This document shows, piece by piece, positions 61,106 to 64,000 of a DNA stretch of 64,000 nt. The position numbers were made by a program, and so were the translations under genes. Source of the stretch: Callorhinchus milii (lineage: Eukaryota); assembly GCF_018977255.1 (NCBI RefSeq), contig NW_024704743.1:21144001-21208000 (forward strand), read 5' to 3'. The notes beneath the pieces were generated by a model, which saw only the letters and a program-made list of their open reading frames with translations, did no database searches and was not told where the DNA came from. How positions within the stretch are numbered: the first letter of the stretch is position 1; each line of letters begins with the position of its first letter.

Positions 61106-62149
61106 CTCTAACCAGTGAGCTACCGGTCTACACATGATAGACACTAATTTTGAGTGTTTCAATATTTCTGTTTGAATAATTTCAAGTAAGGTAATATTTT
61201 ACCTACGAAATATACAGTCACTAACTTTACAGTAAAATCCTGTGAAGCGTTTTGAAACTAATTATAATGTGCTCGCGGAAGCCAGCGTGGGAAACAATAC
61301 GGGCTGTAGAGTTTTGGATAGTCTTCATCTTGTGTAAGGAAGAGCTGGATAGTTTGGCAAGCAGCCCATTGGCATAATTAAGTCAGGGCGTAATAAATGA
61401 ATGGATGAGAGTCTCCGTGGCCTGAGGTAGAGGTAGTGGCAGGGACGGGCAATATTTTGGAAGTGGTGGCTAAATTACCTTCCTCTGTGCTATGAATTTC
61501 TGTGCAGGTGACAATTTCTATGAATGTTTCCCTGATCTTCTACAGCTTGTGTAAGAGTGAGCTCCCTCAGTGGCATGTTTTGTCATGTTTATATTCTCAG
61601 CGTGTTGCAGAGCTGCATCAATCACAGCGACTCACTGCCCTGGCCTGTCAGTTATGTTTCAATGCCACGTTTGCTCTGCGGGACAAATTCTTTCACAACT
61701 TGGCTGTGGCTGCTGTGTGCGCAGAGTGCAAGCAGACCAGCAAAGTGAACTTGAATGGGTAAGGGTGCAAAAGTAACCACCACCCTCAATCCACAACTGT
61801 TTGTGGGACACGGCTCTGCCATGTTTCGCCCACAGTCGATATATTCTGTAAATCGCTTTGAGACGTCTTGAAGACTTGATAAGGTGCTTATCAAATGCAA
61901 GGATTATTATTGTTGTAACCTTTGCAAATGAGCTGGTACAAAATGCTGGCCAGTACCCCAGTGGCACATTTTGATGGTGTGGAGGGGGAATGCTTCTCTG
62001 AGTGGATCACAGTGTCTCGAAAGGCCACAAGAACACCTGTTATATTTTGCTTGGCATTGCTGCAAAGGAACTGCAAAGCTCCAAAGCTCAAAGAGTTGGG
62101 AAGGACCCAAAGGGATGGGAGAATTCACAATGCTAATTTCTCTATCCAA

Positions 62150-62520
62150 AATAAATTTACACAGCACCTTTTGTGTGGGGAGGATGTCCCAAGGCACTGG
62201 ACAGTCCAGGGTTTGCTACAAGCTGGGGACAAGAGCTGATGAGGTGGAAGGTGATGGGTGGGAAAGATGACTGAATGTGCAGCCAAAGAGAAATCTCTTG
62301 AAGGAGGCAAGGGAAGGAGCAAGCCGGAGGGACTCTGGGATGGAGAGTGAGGGGCAGATAGGCTGAAAGCCCAACTACCGATGGTGAGGCGGGCAGGGCA
62401 AGGGATGTGAAGCAGGCGGAGTGAGTGAACGAGTTTGTACGGTTTGAGAAGATCAAAGAGGTAGGATGGGGCAAGACAGAGTTGGAATTTAAAGGTCAGG
62501 ACGAAGATCTTGAACCTAAT
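62150..62520 (-). mobile_element. L2 3' fragment
   Basis: IRFKIFVLTFK..LAPSYLFDLL...GSWAFS in ORF 62125-62544. Confidence 0.8.
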
Positions 62521-62634
62521 CAGCTGAAGAATGCAAAAGCTCATCTTCTTATAGAAAGCCGGATCCTAGAAAAGGCTGAACAAGATTGCTGTGGGATTGA
62601 GACAAGAAAAACCTTGTATTAATGGTCTAATGGT

Positions 62635-63098
62635 CAGCCTGGTTGAAAGCACTCTTGCCTCTGAGTCAAAAGGTTGTGGGTTCAAGCTTCAAATCGGGAC
62701 TTTGAGCTCAGAGCTAGGATGATGCTTTAGTACAATGCTGGGGGAGTATTGCATTGTCAGAGGTGCTGTCCTTCAGATGAGACATCAAAGATCGTCTTTG
62801 TCTGCCCTTCAGGTGGACCTTAAAGATATTATGGCACTATTCAAAAAGAGAATGGAGTTTCTCCTGGTGTCCTGGCCAACAATCCCCCAAATAAAATTAG
62901 TCATTCATTTTACCTACAAATGTACAATAATCCTTGCATTTGATATAGTGCCATATTATGTTATCAACAAGTATGAAAGTGCTTCAAAGGATTTTACTGT
63001 GTAGTGCCTTTACAGTAAATCCGTGAATGGCTTTGAGACATCATCCTGATGTGAAAGATGTTGAATCAAATATAAGGATTATTATTTATTATTATTAT
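62635..63098 (+). mobile_element. SacSINE1-like SINE containing an inverted tail (62925-63006)
   Basis: Head, Deu, then a minus tail immediately followed by the plus tail. Confidence 0.78.
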
Positions 63099-63129
63099 TA
63101 AGTTCAGGTCTTTGAAATATAAAATCTTA

Positions 63130-64000
63130 AAACTTTCCAAGTTTACAAATGATACTAAGCTAAGAAGAGTAATAAATAGTGAAGAGAATAGTAGCAGACT
63201 GCAAGAGGACCTAGACAGACTGGCAAAACGGGCAGACACGTGGCAGATGAATTTTAATGTGGAGAAATGCAAAGCAATGCATTTTGGGTGGAAAAATGAG
63301 GAGAGGCAATATAAGCTGATGGTACAATCTTAAAGAGGGTGAAGGAACAGAGAGACCTGGGGGTTCATATAAGCAAATCCTTGAAAGTAGCAGGACAGGT
63401 AGATAAAATTGTTAAAAAAGCATGTCGGATACTAGACTTTGTAAATAGGGGCATAGATTACAAAAGTTAGGAAATTATGATGAACCTTTATAAAACACAG
63501 GTTTGGCCTGAGTTAGAGTACTGGGTTCAGTTCTGGGTACCACACTTTAGGAAGGATGTCAAGGTATTGGAGAGAGTGCAAGGAGATTTACCAGGATGGT
63601 ACCAGGAATGAGGAACTTCGGTTATGAGTGAAGGCTAGAAAAGCTAGGATTATTCTCCTTGGAGCAGAGAAGACTAATAGAAGTTTTCAAAATTATGAGG
63701 GGATTCGATAGGGTGAACAAGAAGAAACTATTTCCACTGGTGGGTGGGTCAGTAATCCAAGGACACTAATTTAAAATAGTTGTTAAAAGAAACAGAGGGG
63801 AGGTGCAGAGAATTTTTTTCACGTAGTGAGCTGTTCAGATCTGGACTGTATTGCATGAATGGGTGGTGGAAGCCAATTCGATAACAACATTTAAGAGAGA
63901 AGCAGATAATTATTTGGGGAGGATAAGTTTGCAGGGCTATGGAAAGAGAGCAAGGGAGTGGGATTGATTTGAGTAGCTCTTTACAAAGAGCCGGCACAGA
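63130..64000 (+). mobile_element. CR1 LINE 3' fragment running off the window
   Basis: SKFTNDTKL...LQEDLDRLAKRADTWQMNFNVEKCKAMHFG, LEYWVQFW, FSLEQRRL remnants. Confidence 0.92.

Noticed and set aside
1..64000. CRISPR arrays, operons, prokaryotic defence systems, rRNA genes
   Set aside because: The sequence is vertebrate intronic DNA. Recurrent motifs are dispersed SINE/LINE copies, not regularly spaced repeat-spacer arrays, and no rRNA similarity was seen.

Overview
Eukaryotic genomic DNA from a cartilaginous fish, most likely a holocephalan such as Callorhinchus milii. This is inferred from the repeat families, not proven. The only host protein-coding sequence I can support is the start of KIAA1217 (sickle tail, Skt) on the + strand. 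It has a 67-nt first coding exon at 36795-36861 (MEGNSTFESEQCLKEPESRHVK), missed by the ORF track. A ~16-kb phase-1 intron follows, then a 284-nt exon 2 at 52819-53102, and intron 2 runs off the window. The rest is intronic or upstream DNA densely filled with dead mobile elements: 5'-truncated L2 and CR1 LINE 3' ends, three related Deu-domain/L2-tailed tRNA SINE types, older AmnSINE2-like SINEs, a 2-kb internally deleted Buster/Charlie hAT with perfect TIRs and TSD, several MITEs, and a Penelope-type fragment with a degenerate hammerhead ribozyme. Almost all listed ORFs are LINE remnants or chance ORFs. I see no convincing new multi-gene system. The most interesting signals are a chimeric tRNA+CORE+Deu+L2-tail SINE, recurrent fold-back SINE tails, an unidentified four-copy repeat, nested insertions that order the repeat families in time, and motif-rich unique blocks that may be KIAA1217 enhancers. 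Repeat family names come from recall of consensus sequences, and repeat boundaries are approximate unless a TIR or TSD is given.
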